A stretch of DNA of 64,000 nucleotides. It comes from Myxococcales bacterium. Lineage in GTDB: Bacteria; Myxococcota_A; Polyangia; Fen-1088. Made by a program: the position numbers and the translations under genes. The stretch spans positions 9,568 through 73,567 of the forward strand of contig PMBS01000254.1 of the NCBI GenBank assembly GCA_003153015.1, read 5' to 3'. Shown here piece by piece: positions 20,281 through 29,304 of the stretch (position 1 is its first letter; each line of letters starts with the position of its first letter). The notes under the pieces were generated by a model. It was not told the DNA's origin and did not search any database. It saw only the letters and a list, made by a program, of their open reading frames with translations.

Positions 20281-20700
20281 CTACTCGCCTCCCACCTGCA
20301 TGACGTTGATTGCGAACTTTGTGACACCGGCGACTTTGGCGAGATCCATGACGTGAACCACCTGGCCGTGGGCCGCCTCTTTGTCAGCGCTGATGACCAC
20401 GCTGATTTCCGGATCGGCCGCCACCACCTCCTTCATGTGGCCTCCCAATTCTTGTTCGGTGACCGGCTGTTCGTTCCAGCGCAGCTCTCCATTCTTGAAC
20501 AACTGCACGGTGTTGGGCTTTTCCGCGGTGCCGTCGCTCATCTTTGCCCTGGGCAGGCTGACCTTCAGGGTCTGCGCCACGATGTATGTCGACGCCACCA
20601 TCAGGATGACCAACAACACCAGGCATACATCGACCAGCGGGGTCACATTGATGGCGGAAATCGTCTTGGCCCGCCCCACACCTGCCATCGTGCCAGCCAT
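20281..20700 (-). CDS. exbD: Biopolymer transporter ExbD/TolR
   Basis: INVTPLVDVCLVLLVILMV, VVISADK, VVHVMDLAKVAG. Confidence 0.92.
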   Translation of the reverse strand: MAGTMAGVGRAKTISAINVTPLVDVCLVLLVILMVASTYIVAQTLKVSLPRAKMSDGTAEKPNTVQLFKNGELRWNEQPVTEQELGGHMKEVVAADPEISVVISADKEAAHGQVVHVMDLAKVAGVTKFAINVMQVGGE

Positions 20701-21437
20701 CAGCCATTCACCTCGGCCGGGCGCAGCCTGGGAGACTCCCCGATCTCATCCAGCGCGGCAGCTGATGCCTTGTGCGTGTTCTTCGGGTTCCTGGTCGACT
20801 TCATGACCGCCAAGACCTGATTGGCGAGGGCGGCCGAGTTTTCTTCGATGTCATTGCACTTCTTCTGGAACAGGTTGAAGGCGACCACCGCGGGAATGGC
20901 GACCAAGATGCCGATGGCGGTGGCGATGAGGGCCTCGGAGATGCCGCTCATCACGTTGCCCATGCCGCCCGCGCCACCCGCGGCGGCCATGTTGGCCGAG
21001 GCAGCCCCCAATTCCTTGAAAGCCGCAACCACGCCGAGCACAGTGCCGAACAGGCCAATGAATGGGGCGTTGTTGCCCAGGGTGCCGAGGAATATGAGCC
21101 CGCTCTCGAAGACCTTGCGGCGTTGGCGGATGCCTTTCTGCACGATCTCCTGCAGGGAATCGGGACCGTCGGCGTAGTAGTCCAGGGCGTCGCGCAGGAT
21201 CTCGGCCTCGACGGCCCGCATTTCCTCCAGCTCCCGCTTGGCACCGGCCACATCCCCGGCGCGCAGTCGCTTAGCCAACGCATTGCCGGTCGCGATCATG
21301 TCCAGGCGCCGCTTGCGGAAGTACCACCAGCGCTCGATCACCACGCCGACCGAATAGACCGACAGCGCGAGCAGAATGTAGAGGACCGCGGCAGCCCCGG
21401 TTTGGGCAACAAATACCAGTTTGTGCATCAGCAGCAT
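20700..21437 (-). CDS. exbB: MotA/TolQ/ExbB proton channel
   Basis: LGTLGNNAPFIGLFGTVLG, GISEALIATAIGILVAIPA. Confidence 0.92.
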   Translation of the reverse strand: MLLMHKLVFVAQTGAAAVLYILLALSVYSVGVVIERWWYFRKRRLDMIATGNALAKRLRAGDVAGAKRELEEMRAVEAEILRDALDYYADGPDSLQEIVQKGIRQRRKVFESGLIFLGTLGNNAPFIGLFGTVLGVVAAFKELGAASANMAAAGGAGGMGNVMSGISEALIATAIGILVAIPAVVAFNLFQKKCNDIEENSAALANQVLAVMKSTRNPKNTHKASAAALDEIGESPRLRPAEVNG

Positions 21438-21453
21438 GGGTCACCTTTCCTTT

Positions 21454-22374
21454 TTAGTAGTCAAACACCTGCGCCTGTACTCCCGCCCCCTGTCCGTGGG
21501 GAAAACGTGTGTCGAGATCGGTCGATTGTCCGGAAGCTTGCAACAGGGGGTCGACCCCGTTGTTGGTGAAGACGCGAACCAGCCAGCGCGCGGTGGTCTC
21601 GGCGCACAGAGAGAAAGTGTCGACGCGCACGATGTAGCGTCCATTGGGAGCCGTGGTGGGGAAGATCACATTCTCCGCCCGGCGCCCGTCGATCACACAC
21701 GTGCTGTTGGAGTCGAAATCGAGGTAGCCCGCCTGCTTTCCGTCGTCGACACTCGCGCCGACTGTCCCGAGCGGCAGACCAGATGGCTTTCGCGACCAGA
21801 TCTCGTTTACCCCTGCATCCCCATCGCTGGGCAACTGCACGTGCAGGTCGAGATCGGCTTCAGTGTCCCAATCCAGGCTGATGACCAGGGCGCCCGCGGT
21901 CCGCGGCTGGTCCATGGTCATCGGTTGCAACCTCGCCGGCCCCACCTGTCCATCGCGCGTGGTGGCGCGAAAGGCCAGAAACAGATTGCCGGCGTCCCCT
22001 CCAGAGGGCGTTCGCGGGGAGAAGGACGCAGAGAATGAAAAGGTGTAGTTGCCGGTGACGTTATAGTCGATGTCCTGCACGGGCACGACCCAGTGACCCA
22101 CGTCGCCCTGCAACCCAACGAGCACCGCGGTCGAGTTGGGGCCGACGCTGCCCGATATCTTCTTGTTGGCAACGCCCGGGAATAGGTTGGGGTTTTGCAT
22201 CGTTATATTTGCGACTGCTGGCGCAGGATCGCGATCGATGGTGTCAATGGGACCAGGAATGTATTGCGCGCCCTGGATCCTGAACAGCGCCTGCTGGCCA
22301 GAACTCGGGTCAGTGCCGGAACAGCCCCCGCAGAGCAGTCCAGCCGCAAGAAGACTGAGCGCGAGAGGGCGCAT
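21454..22374 (-). CDS. Lipoprotein with YfaP/DUF2135-like C-terminal domain (cassette A)
   Basis: Lipobox CGGC; ISLDWDTEADLDLHV, LDFDSNxxCxIDG, ENV, YIVRVD; paralog of 49919-50860. Confidence 0.75.
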   Translation of the reverse strand: MRPLALSLLAAGLLCGGCSGTDPSSGQQALFRIQGAQYIPGPIDTIDRDPAPAVANITMQNPNLFPGVANKKISGSVGPNSTAVLVGLQGDVGHWVVPVQDIDYNVTGNYTFSFSASFSPRTPSGGDAGNLFLAFRATTRDGQVGPARLQPMTMDQPRTAGALVISLDWDTEADLDLHVQLPSDGDAGVNEIWSRKPSGLPLGTVGASVDDGKQAGYLDFDSNSTCVIDGRRAENVIFPTTAPNGRYIVRVDTFSLCAETTARWLVRVFTNNGVDPLLQASGQSTDLDTRFPHGQGAGVQAQVFDY

Positions 22375-23936
22375 CAGAAGGCGACCTCCGTGCGCAGGGT
22401 GAACGCGTTGTTCTTCAAATCCGCCGGCATGCCACTGGCATTCCGGCCCTGGTTATCGAACACCCAGTCGTACTGGGCCACCAGCCGGCCGGACAGCGCA
22501 CCCGCCTTTCCGATCAACGCAACTGCCGCCGACACCGTCGAAATCGCCTGGCTGGAGGGAACCAGCACCCCTGCCTGGCGGTCGGTGCTGTCCAAGTCGG
22601 GATTGTAGTAGTCGTAGCGCAATCCCAGCTTGAAATGCCGGCCCAGCTCCTGGACAGCAGCCACGTAGTAGCCCCACTCGCGCAGATCGCGACCGAGCGG
22701 ACCATAGGGATCGGCAATCAAGAATCCCCGATCCAGATTGTTGGCACGGGCAAGCTCGGCGTAAATCGTTGTGCTGGCGTTGTTCCAATAGCGCAGCGAA
22801 ACCAGAGCATCTACGCCAATCGCATTGCGGCTGAAGTTCTGCGATGGCTGACCCGAGGTTCCTGGCGACACGATCAACTCGTTGGAATCGTACCGGCCGT
22901 TCTCGTTGAGATCCTGCCAAGTCAAAGTCGGTTTTGTGGGAGGCGCTCCCTTGTGGAATCCCTTGCCGGTCAGGCCCGAGAATCCCGCCTGGACCGACAC
23001 CTCGTCCGAGATTTGGGACACAATCCCAAGTCGCCCTGTGATGTCTTTGGCCTGGTTGGGATCGCGCACGGGGAAGGTGTTCTCGCCTAGCGGCTCGCCG
23101 TTCTGCACCGCTAGGGCATAGCGAACGAAGCGCCAGCCGCCTGACAGTCGCAGCCCCAGGTCGTACTCGCCCGGGAAAAGCGCCCTCACAAAGGCGCTGC
23201 GTTCGGCGAAGAGCCTGTCACGATCGCTCTGCAGCACCTCGAAGCCGAACGGAATCTTGAAAAGTCCTGCGGTCAGGCCCACCAGCGGGATGGAACCACC
23301 CGGCCATTTGACCGTGGCCTCCACATTCATGGGCCGCACCTGGGCACCGTTGACTGTGTTGGCGTCGATCTCGACGACTCCGGCGAAATACCTCTGGTCC
23401 ACCGCCGTGCTCAGGCGCGCGCGACGGAGCAGGAATCGATTGTCATTCAGCGGGGCGCCGGTGGAGGTATTGAGCTGGTCTTCTGAAGTCTGCCTTACGT
23501 TGAGATCGGCCTGCACAAAGCCAGAAATCGTGAGCCATTCTAGTCTTGTCAGGCGAGGGTCGGCCTTCACCGCAACTTCGACTTCAGCGCGCGCGTTGGC
23601 CTGGGCACGCGCCTCGGCTGCCTTGCGCTCCGCCTGCTCCTCGGTCAGCTTGCGCTGGAATTCCTCGCGCAGGCTGGCCAGCTCGGCGCGTTGCTGCGCC
23701 AACTGGGCGGCAATGTCCTCCGTCTCTCTGCGAGGCTCGTCGCTGGTTGTCGGAGGGTTGTCGGCCGGAACCGGATCCGGCACCTGGGCAAAAGGGGGAG
23801 TCTGCCCAAGTGCCGGTCTCGCAAGCGCGAGCGGTGCCCCAGCGCAAAGCAGTCCCAGAACCAGGGCCCGCTTCTTTGGCCAGCCGAGTCGTAGCCAGAT
23901 GGGCGCGGCTGGCTTGCGGAAAACGCTAGGGTACAC
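22374..23936 (-). CDS. Outer-membrane porin, OprO/OprP-like, with N-terminal coiled coil (cassette A)
   Basis: ISGFVQAD, FLLRRARL, GLFKIPFG, AERS, DLG, NGEP, C-terminal EVAF; start placed at GTG 23936 (uncertain). Confidence 0.75.
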   Translation of the reverse strand: MYPSVFRKPAAPIWLRLGWPKKRALVLGLLCAGAPLALARPALGQTPPFAQVPDPVPADNPPTTSDEPRRETEDIAAQLAQQRAELASLREEFQRKLTEEQAERKAAEARAQANARAEVEVAVKADPRLTRLEWLTISGFVQADLNVRQTSEDQLNTSTGAPLNDNRFLLRRARLSTAVDQRYFAGVVEIDANTVNGAQVRPMNVEATVKWPGGSIPLVGLTAGLFKIPFGFEVLQSDRDRLFAERSAFVRALFPGEYDLGLRLSGGWRFVRYALAVQNGEPLGENTFPVRDPNQAKDITGRLGIVSQISDEVSVQAGFSGLTGKGFHKGAPPTKPTLTWQDLNENGRYDSNELIVSPGTSGQPSQNFSRNAIGVDALVSLRYWNNASTTIYAELARANNLDRGFLIADPYGPLGRDLREWGYYVAAVQELGRHFKLGLRYDYYNPDLDSTDRQAGVLVPSSQAISTVSAAVALIGKAGALSGRLVAQYDWVFDNQGRNASGMPADLKNNAFTLRTEVAF

Positions 23937-23953
23937 CGTTGCTTCTCTCGAAT

Positions 23954-24385
23954 CTACATGGCCGAGCAGCTTGGATAGGCGATCGGCGGATTGGGACCGG
24001 GATCGAGCGCGGATACAGTGGACGGCACGGGCGCGTTGATGATGGCAACGTGGCATTGATCCACAGTCAGGCCGGTGCAGATGTCGACTGTAGGCCCGCC
24101 GTCGTTGGGAGTGACGGCGGGAACGTCCGTCCCGGTGACCATGTCAGAAGCGCCGTCTGGCGGGCTGATGGAGGGGCCGTCCACGCTCGCATCCGCCACA
24201 GCGCCACCCATTCCACCCGCGGCATCAATGCCAGCTCCACCGGAGCCAGAAACGCCGCCCGTGGCGATCGCACCGCCGCTGCCGATGCTCGCGACGTCTG
24301 TGTTATTGGTGCTGCTGCAAGCAACCCAGCCGGCCAGTACCAGTACCAGTGCCAGTGCCAGTGTAGAAGTCTTATAGAGATTCAT
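23954..24385 (-). CDS. Small lipoprotein with Gly/Asp/Ala linker and Cys-containing tip (cassette A)
   Basis: Lipobox WVAC; ATGA overlap with the upstream binding-protein gene; C-terminal NPPIAYPSC similar to NPVPYQTC of 48073-48336. Confidence 0.75.
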   Translation of the reverse strand: MNLYKTSTLALALVLVLAGWVACSSTNNTDVASIGSGGAIATGGVSGSGGAGIDAAGGMGGAVADASVDGPSISPPDGASDMVTGTDVPAVTPNDGGPTVDICTGLTVDQCHVAIINAPVPSTVSALDPGPNPPIAYPSCSAM

Positions 24386-25665
24386 TGTGCATTTCCTCCA
24401 ATAGGCGACTCACAATAACCGGTCTGGCAGCGGGTGCCAGGCACCGTCGTACAGTCAGCATCGCTGGTACAATGGGTGGTGCAGGTGCCAGGCGCCGACT
24501 GCACCAACTTGGCCGCCTCGAAGGCGCAGGTGCAGGAAACCTGTGGGTGGTAGGGCGAGAACTTGCCGCCGTCCTTGTCGATCTTGACCTTCATGGCGCA
24601 CTGGGGAACGTCGCCCCCGAGCGCGACCGTATTGACATACTTGATGTTCTGGGTGTCGGTGGGGTCGATGGGCACAGCACCGGTCAGCCAGTCGATAACC
24701 AATTTCGCATTGGCCGCGGGCGCCGGGGCCCCGCCGTCGGTCGCGACCAACGGAACGAAGAAATGCAGGGGGCCCTGGATCATGTAGTGGCCGTCGCGAA
24801 CATTCTTCAGGTCAGTGGCAATGGCAGTCGAGTCGGGGTAGTAGGCCTTGGTCTGCCCGATGCCGCGAAAGGCAACCGCGTTGAGATTGGCCCTCTGGCC
24901 CGCGTAGATGTCCGCGGCCACGAAGCCGATCCCATTTTGCTGATAGTTCGGATTCAGGAGAGATTGCACCATGACGCCGCTTGATCCGTTTGGAGCGCCC
25001 TTGAATGCGCTTTCCGGGACGCCGATGTTCCTGGCAACGAGAATCTGGGTGCCTGAGGTCTGGCTACGCTGCTGAATGGCGTTCTCGTTGGCGAAAGGGG
25101 GAACCCCGCTTTGGGTGCCGCAGCCCCAGATGGCAGCGGCCTGTTGGGAGGAGAGTGCCGTGGTGGTGTAGTTGGCCTTGGGCACGACGATGAGCATCGC
25201 CTGCTCCGGACCGGCCCATTCCCCGATGTTGGCGGGCTTGTCAACGTTCTGGCATGAGGAAAAGGCGACGTCGGAAACCCCGATGGCGGCAAAGGTATTG
25301 TTAGATAGGGTACATGAGTTTTGCACCACCTTGGTGCTATCCGTGGGGTCGGCAGTGTAGTAGTGGGGCGTGGTCGACAGCGGACTCAGGACTGGATTGT
25401 CCGGAGAGGGAGAAACCGCGAGCACGCCGTTACACGAAGAGATGGGGGAATAGATGATGGAGATCCCCTGCTTCGCTTTGATCTGCACCGCGAGCTGGCC
25501 GAGGATGGGCTCGAAAGCGCTGCTGCCCGCCATGTAGACGGGGTTGCCCAGCACGGTGGTGTCGGCGCAAGCCACCGTGGTTGAGCCCTGGGCCAGGGCG
25601 GTGGACGCAGCAAGGAGAAATCCTGCCGCGCCCGTCAAAGCTACGATCTGTTTTCTGTAGGTCAT
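24382..25665 (-). CDS. Secreted Cys-rich PstS-like (type 2 periplasmic binding fold) protein (cassette A)
   Basis: Signal peptide ALA-Q; AGSSA, YSPISSCNG, IGVSD, RSQTSGT and IGFV align with Pst[25 protein letters not shown] and IGYV; Cys-rich tail. Confidence 0.78.
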   Translation of the reverse strand: MTYRKQIVALTGAAGFLLAASTALAQGSTTVACADTTVLGNPVYMAGSSAFEPILGQLAVQIKAKQGISIIYSPISSCNGVLAVSPSPDNPVLSPLSTTPHYYTADPTDSTKVVQNSCTLSNNTFAAIGVSDVAFSSCQNVDKPANIGEWAGPEQAMLIVVPKANYTTTALSSQQAAAIWGCGTQSGVPPFANENAIQQRSQTSGTQILVARNIGVPESAFKGAPNGSSGVMVQSLLNPNYQQNGIGFVAADIYAGQRANLNAVAFRGIGQTKAYYPDSTAIATDLKNVRDGHYMIQGPLHFFVPLVATDGGAPAPAANAKLVIDWLTGAVPIDPTDTQNIKYVNTVALGGDVPQCAMKVKIDKDGGKFSPYHPQVSCTCAFEAAKLVQSAPGTCTTHCTSDADCTTVPGTRCQTGYCESPIGGNAQ

Positions 25666-25741
25666 GGCAATCCTGCCTCCATTTCAGACCCGGCAAACCC
25701 GGGCCGCGGTGGGACCATAGCGAGATACCCGGCGAGCGACT

Positions 25742-25780
25742 GCGACGGATTTGCGTCGGATTTGTGACGGAAGCGCAACA
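25742..25780 (-). promoter_or_regulatory. Four-unit Pho-box-like array heading cassette A
   Basis: Plus-strand GCGACG 25742, GCGTCG 25753, GTGACG 25764, GCAACA 25775 (11-bp period). Confidence 0.6.
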
Positions 25781-25928
25781 GAAGAGACTACGGAGCTTGG
25801 GACGCAGTGCGAGTGGTCAACCTAGCCGGGAGTGTCGCGCAACGGTCGCGAATGGTTTGCCGAGACTTGGCAACCCTGCACCCAATTGCAGCGCGGGCAA
25901 TCTGCCTCCCGCCATCACGCAGGCTACG

Positions 25929-26171
25929 ATGTATGTCTCGGTCGCCACGCCCAGCGGGGAGGCCGAGTTGCGCAGCTTGTCGCCTGACGACATGCAGGGC
26001 GCGTGCGAAGTCTATCCCATCGCCAACAACTTCGTCTGCCTCCCTCCGTCTGGATCCGGGTCGACCTCAGGAGGATGTTCATACGCGAGGCAGCCAAGGG
26101 GTGACTCCATCGCCGGTGCGCTCGCGCTCCTCGCGCTGGCCCTGGTGTTCCGCGCTCGGCGCTCAGACTAG
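25929..26171 (+). pseudogene. Gene remnant or mini-protein ending in a MYXO-CTERM-like sorting signal
   Basis: C-terminus SGGCSY...IAGALALLALALVFRARR (GGC, TM, Arg cluster); no signal peptide seen. Confidence 0.5.
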
Positions 26172-26245
26172 GCGAAGGGTCGCTGGATCATGGCGGCGGG
26201 CAGTCCGCCAGCGCTTCTTTCGTCCGCGCGCTGACTGCCCCACCC

Positions 26246-26872
26246 CTACTTGCTGGCGCCTGCCCCACAGGTCAGGAATGGCTTGACCGGGTTTTTCCTA
26301 ATCGCCTTCTTGGTGCTCCCGTCGAGGATGTCGATGATCATCCTCTGCAACGCAGGAGTTGCATTCGGCGCGTTCTCGACTACCTTGAGTGTCGACTTCA
26401 CCTTGGCCGCGGTGTAGTTCGAGGCCAGCCGCATGCTCCAGTGGAGGAACCCGGGCGCCACGGCGTAGTACAGCGCCCATTCCCCTGCATCACTCTTCGC
26501 TACTCGGGAGAGCCTCTTGAGGCAGTCCAGGTAGGCATCGAAATCCAGACACTCCAGGGTCAGGGTCGCTAGCTCCACTTGGGAGGGAGAGGCTTTCGGG
26601 CTGCAGCGCAAGTAGCGTTCAATCTCGAAGAGCGTCGATTTCGGGCTTGCCGCCCACTTGCGAAAGGTAGCGTCCTTGCTCCACAGCTCCCGCGGATTCT
26701 GCCCGGACTCCTCGGATCGCGACAGGAGGCTCTTGATTCCCTCGGCAAAAGCGAGTGTCGTGGGCAAGCTGCACTCCGCGGGCAAATCCCCCTTTGCAGG
26801 TTCGTTCGCCGAGACGGCGTAGGCGAGGAGCGAGGCGATGACAAGGATTGGGAAACCGACTGTGGTGCGCAT
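26246..26872 (-). CDS. Hypothetical exported protein
   Basis: 208-aa ORF with a signal-peptide-like N-terminus; no recognisable family. Confidence 0.6.
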   Translation of the reverse strand: MRTTVGFPILVIASLLAYAVSANEPAKGDLPAECSLPTTLAFAEGIKSLLSRSEESGQNPRELWSKDATFRKWAASPKSTLFEIERYLRCSPKASPSQVELATLTLECLDFDAYLDCLKRLSRVAKSDAGEWALYYAVAPGFLHWSMRLASNYTAAKVKSTLKVVENAPNATPALQRMIIDILDGSTKKAIRKNPVKPFLTCGAGASK

Positions 26873-27052
26873 GACAAGCGTGCTTTGGTTATGGGGCGTC
26901 CCACCATTTTGCCAGACCTCCTTGCGACCGGCAAAACACGAAGGCTCGCCTCAATCCCGCGATGGCTGCAGCAGGTCTTGGCCCGGCGTGGCGGGAGCCG
27001 GCGCGGCGAAGCGAACGGCCGCTGAACGCGATGGATTTGCTACGGGGGAGGC

Positions 27053-27080
27053 CGTGACTTGCCTGTCACATAGTTGTAAC
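27053..27080 (+). promoter_or_regulatory. Strong Pho-box-like site
   Basis: CGTGAC 27053, TGTCAC 27064, TGTAAC 27075; CTGTCACATAGTTGTAAC resembles the E. coli Pho box. Confidence 0.72.
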
Positions 27081-27151
27081 GAATTCTTCTCTATTGCCAT
27101 CGCCAAAGGCGCCTAAAAGAGGCTGCCATTTCCACTGCGTTTCCTGGCCAA

Positions 27152-29170
27152 GTGCAACCTCACAAAGCGATGCTTTCGCGACCTTCTCCACTTCACCACA
27201 TTGTTGCGACGGCTGGTCTATGTCTTCTCGGCGCGGCAAGTTGTAGCAAGAACAGCGGCTCGCCGGTCGTCGATGCTGCCTTCGGGCCAGACGCGGGTCT
27301 CGTTGACGCTCCGACCTGCCCCGCGTCCTGCGACGACAACAACCCGTGCACGGTGGATAGCTGCGATCCCACCACGTACCAGTGCGTTCACGCCAACGTT
27401 CCCGACGGTACGAGCTGCCAAGGCAAGCCCTGCACGACGAACAGCATCTGCCAGGGCGGGCTCTGCCTCGATGGACCGTTCAAGAAATGCACGGTGGCGA
27501 GCGATCAATGCCACGTGGCCGGCCCGTGTAGCCCCAAGACTGGCGACTGCACCAGCGAAAATGCACCCGAAGGGAAGACTTGCGACGATGGCAACTTGTG
27601 CACCTACGCCGACCAGTGTAAGGCCGGCGTGTGCGTCGGGACTCCGCTCGTGTGCCCCACCACCTGCGACCCGGCCACGGGTTCTTGCCCAGGCGGTTTC
27701 CCCACGGCGCTCCTAGATCGGTTGATTGACAACGCATCTTGGCCGGTCAACAGTGGCGCGATTCTCAGATCACCTGACGGACAGATCTTTGCTGCCGGGG
27801 CCTATGTGAAACAGATCGATCTTGGGTCGGGTCCCATTGTCCAGAACCAAGATCCAACTTTCGGGGCCGCCGACACAGACGTCTTTCTTGCTAGGTTGGA
27901 TCCGTCCGCGCTCAAGGCCACTTGGGCCGTGACGTTCGTCGGGCCCAGGGATCAGTCCGTGACCTCCTTCGCGGTGGACGGAGCCGGCCACTTGGGCGTG
28001 ATAGGTCCCCTGATGGGTTCCATCACGGTGGCCGGCAATGAACTGGAGGCGCTGAGGCCCGGGGACCAGTACATCCTGGGCGCCAGCACCGCGGATGGCA
28101 GTGGCTTGTGGGTGCGGCGGGTGAACCTGCAGAGCGGGACGGAAGACAGCCGAACCGTTGGCCTTCGCGCGATAGCGGGCGACCCCAATGGCAGCTCCTT
28201 CGTGGTTTGTGGGACGGTAGCGTGCGCAACCGGACCCATGCGGGGGGATGCTGGTCCTGATCCCAATCCGGCCAAAGACTTTTCGTCTTCGCTTGCCTGC
28301 AAGGGCGGTACTGATTTGGTTGTGGCGCGTATTGATAGCAGCACGCCCGACGCTGGCACCAACACCGGCAATGGGACGATCGTCTGGGCGGATGAGGTGG
28401 GCGGCATCAATGATGAGTATTGTGGAACGCTGACCATGGATGCCCAATCGAACACCTACGTCGTCGGCACGTATCGATTCGGAAGCGAAGTGGCGTTCGG
28501 AAGCACAACCCTGCCGATGGTGGACTCCGCAGGCTCGACGGCGTGGATGTACCTGGCCAAGCTGGGTCCCGACAACAAGTGGATTTGGGCGAAGCGCATT
28601 GGCTCGGGCGCGCAGTCCATCACACCTACCGCTATTCTCGCTGTTGACAATGTCGACGGCGCCAGCAGTGACGTCATCGTGGCTGGAACGATCGAAGTAG
28701 GGTCCCTGTTGTTTTCGACGGACAACGTGGGCGTTGTGCTGGACTCGCCCAATTTCATGGCCCGGTTCGATGGGTCGACGGGGGAGGAGCTTCGTTGGGT
28801 CAAAGGGATGGCCGTGGTCGTGAACAGTATGGCGGCGGACGGGGGGCACATCCTGGCTACCGGCAGCTATAGCGCCGCCGGCAACCTGGGGTCGGCTTCC
28901 TTGTCCCCGCCCTTGAAAACAGGTGCGTTCATCGCGGAGATTGATGGCAGCAACGGCGCGGTCGTGGCCGCCAAGGGGTACGGGTCGTCGCAGTACCTCA
29001 ACAGCGGCGCTGGCGTTGTTGCGATCACCGGTGCGGCTGGGTCGAGTGAGACCGGTAGCGTCTTGCTGCTCTCCTACGCGTCGCAAGTGGATCTGGGACC
29101 TCCCATCGGCGTCTTGCGAGCCACCGCGACCGCAAGCACGGCCAGTTGCCTGGCCAGGATCGCCCCATGA
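27152..29170 (+). CDS. Surface lipoprotein: CDD(N/G)NxCT Cys-rich repeats plus beta-propeller-like (SBBP-like) domain
   Basis: Lipobox AASC; CDDNNPCTVDSC, CDDGNLCT; repeated DVFLARLD/DLVVARID/W..G blades; start may be ATG 27170. Confidence 0.75.
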   Translation: MQPHKAMLSRPSPLHHIVATAGLCLLGAASCSKNSGSPVVDAAFGPDAGLVDAPTCPASCDDNNPCTVDSCDPTTYQCVHANVPDGTSCQGKPCTTNSICQGGLCLDGPFKKCTVASDQCHVAGPCSPKTGDCTSENAPEGKTCDDGNLCTYADQCKAGVCVGTPLVCPTTCDPATGSCPGGFPTALLDRLIDNASWPVNSGAILRSPDGQIFAAGAYVKQIDLGSGPIVQNQDPTFGAADTDVFLARLDPSALKATWAVTFVGPRDQSVTSFAVDGAGHLGVIGPLMGSITVAGNELEALRPGDQYILGASTADGSGLWVRRVNLQSGTEDSRTVGLRAIAGDPNGSSFVVCGTVACATGPMRGDAGPDPNPAKDFSSSLACKGGTDLVVARIDSSTPDAGTNTGNGTIVWADEVGGINDEYCGTLTMDAQSNTYVVGTYRFGSEVAFGSTTLPMVDSAGSTAWMYLAKLGPDNKWIWAKRIGSGAQSITPTAILAVDNVDGASSDVIVAGTIEVGSLLFSTDNVGVVLDSPNFMARFDGSTGEELRWVKGMAVVVNSMAADGGHILATGSYSAAGNLGSASLSPPLKTGAFIAEIDGSNGAVVAAKGYGSSQYLNSGAGVVAITGAAGSSETGSVLLLSYASQVDLGPPIGVLRATATASTASCLARIAP

Positions 29171-29188
29171 GCGGGACGGCCAGCGAGG

Positions 29189-29227
29189 TGTAACAAATCC
29201 GACACGAGAAATTCATAAATACCTCAC
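29189..29227 (+). promoter_or_regulatory. Four-unit Pho-box-like array
   Basis: TGTAAC 29189, CGACAC 29200, ATTCAT 29211, CCTCAC 29222 (11-bp period). Confidence 0.6.
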
Positions 29228-29304
29228 CCGACACTGCCATGGGCGGGGGTATCTACGCATGACAACTATTCCCGGGCAGGGACTTGACCAACAGCGAGGA
29301 AAAC

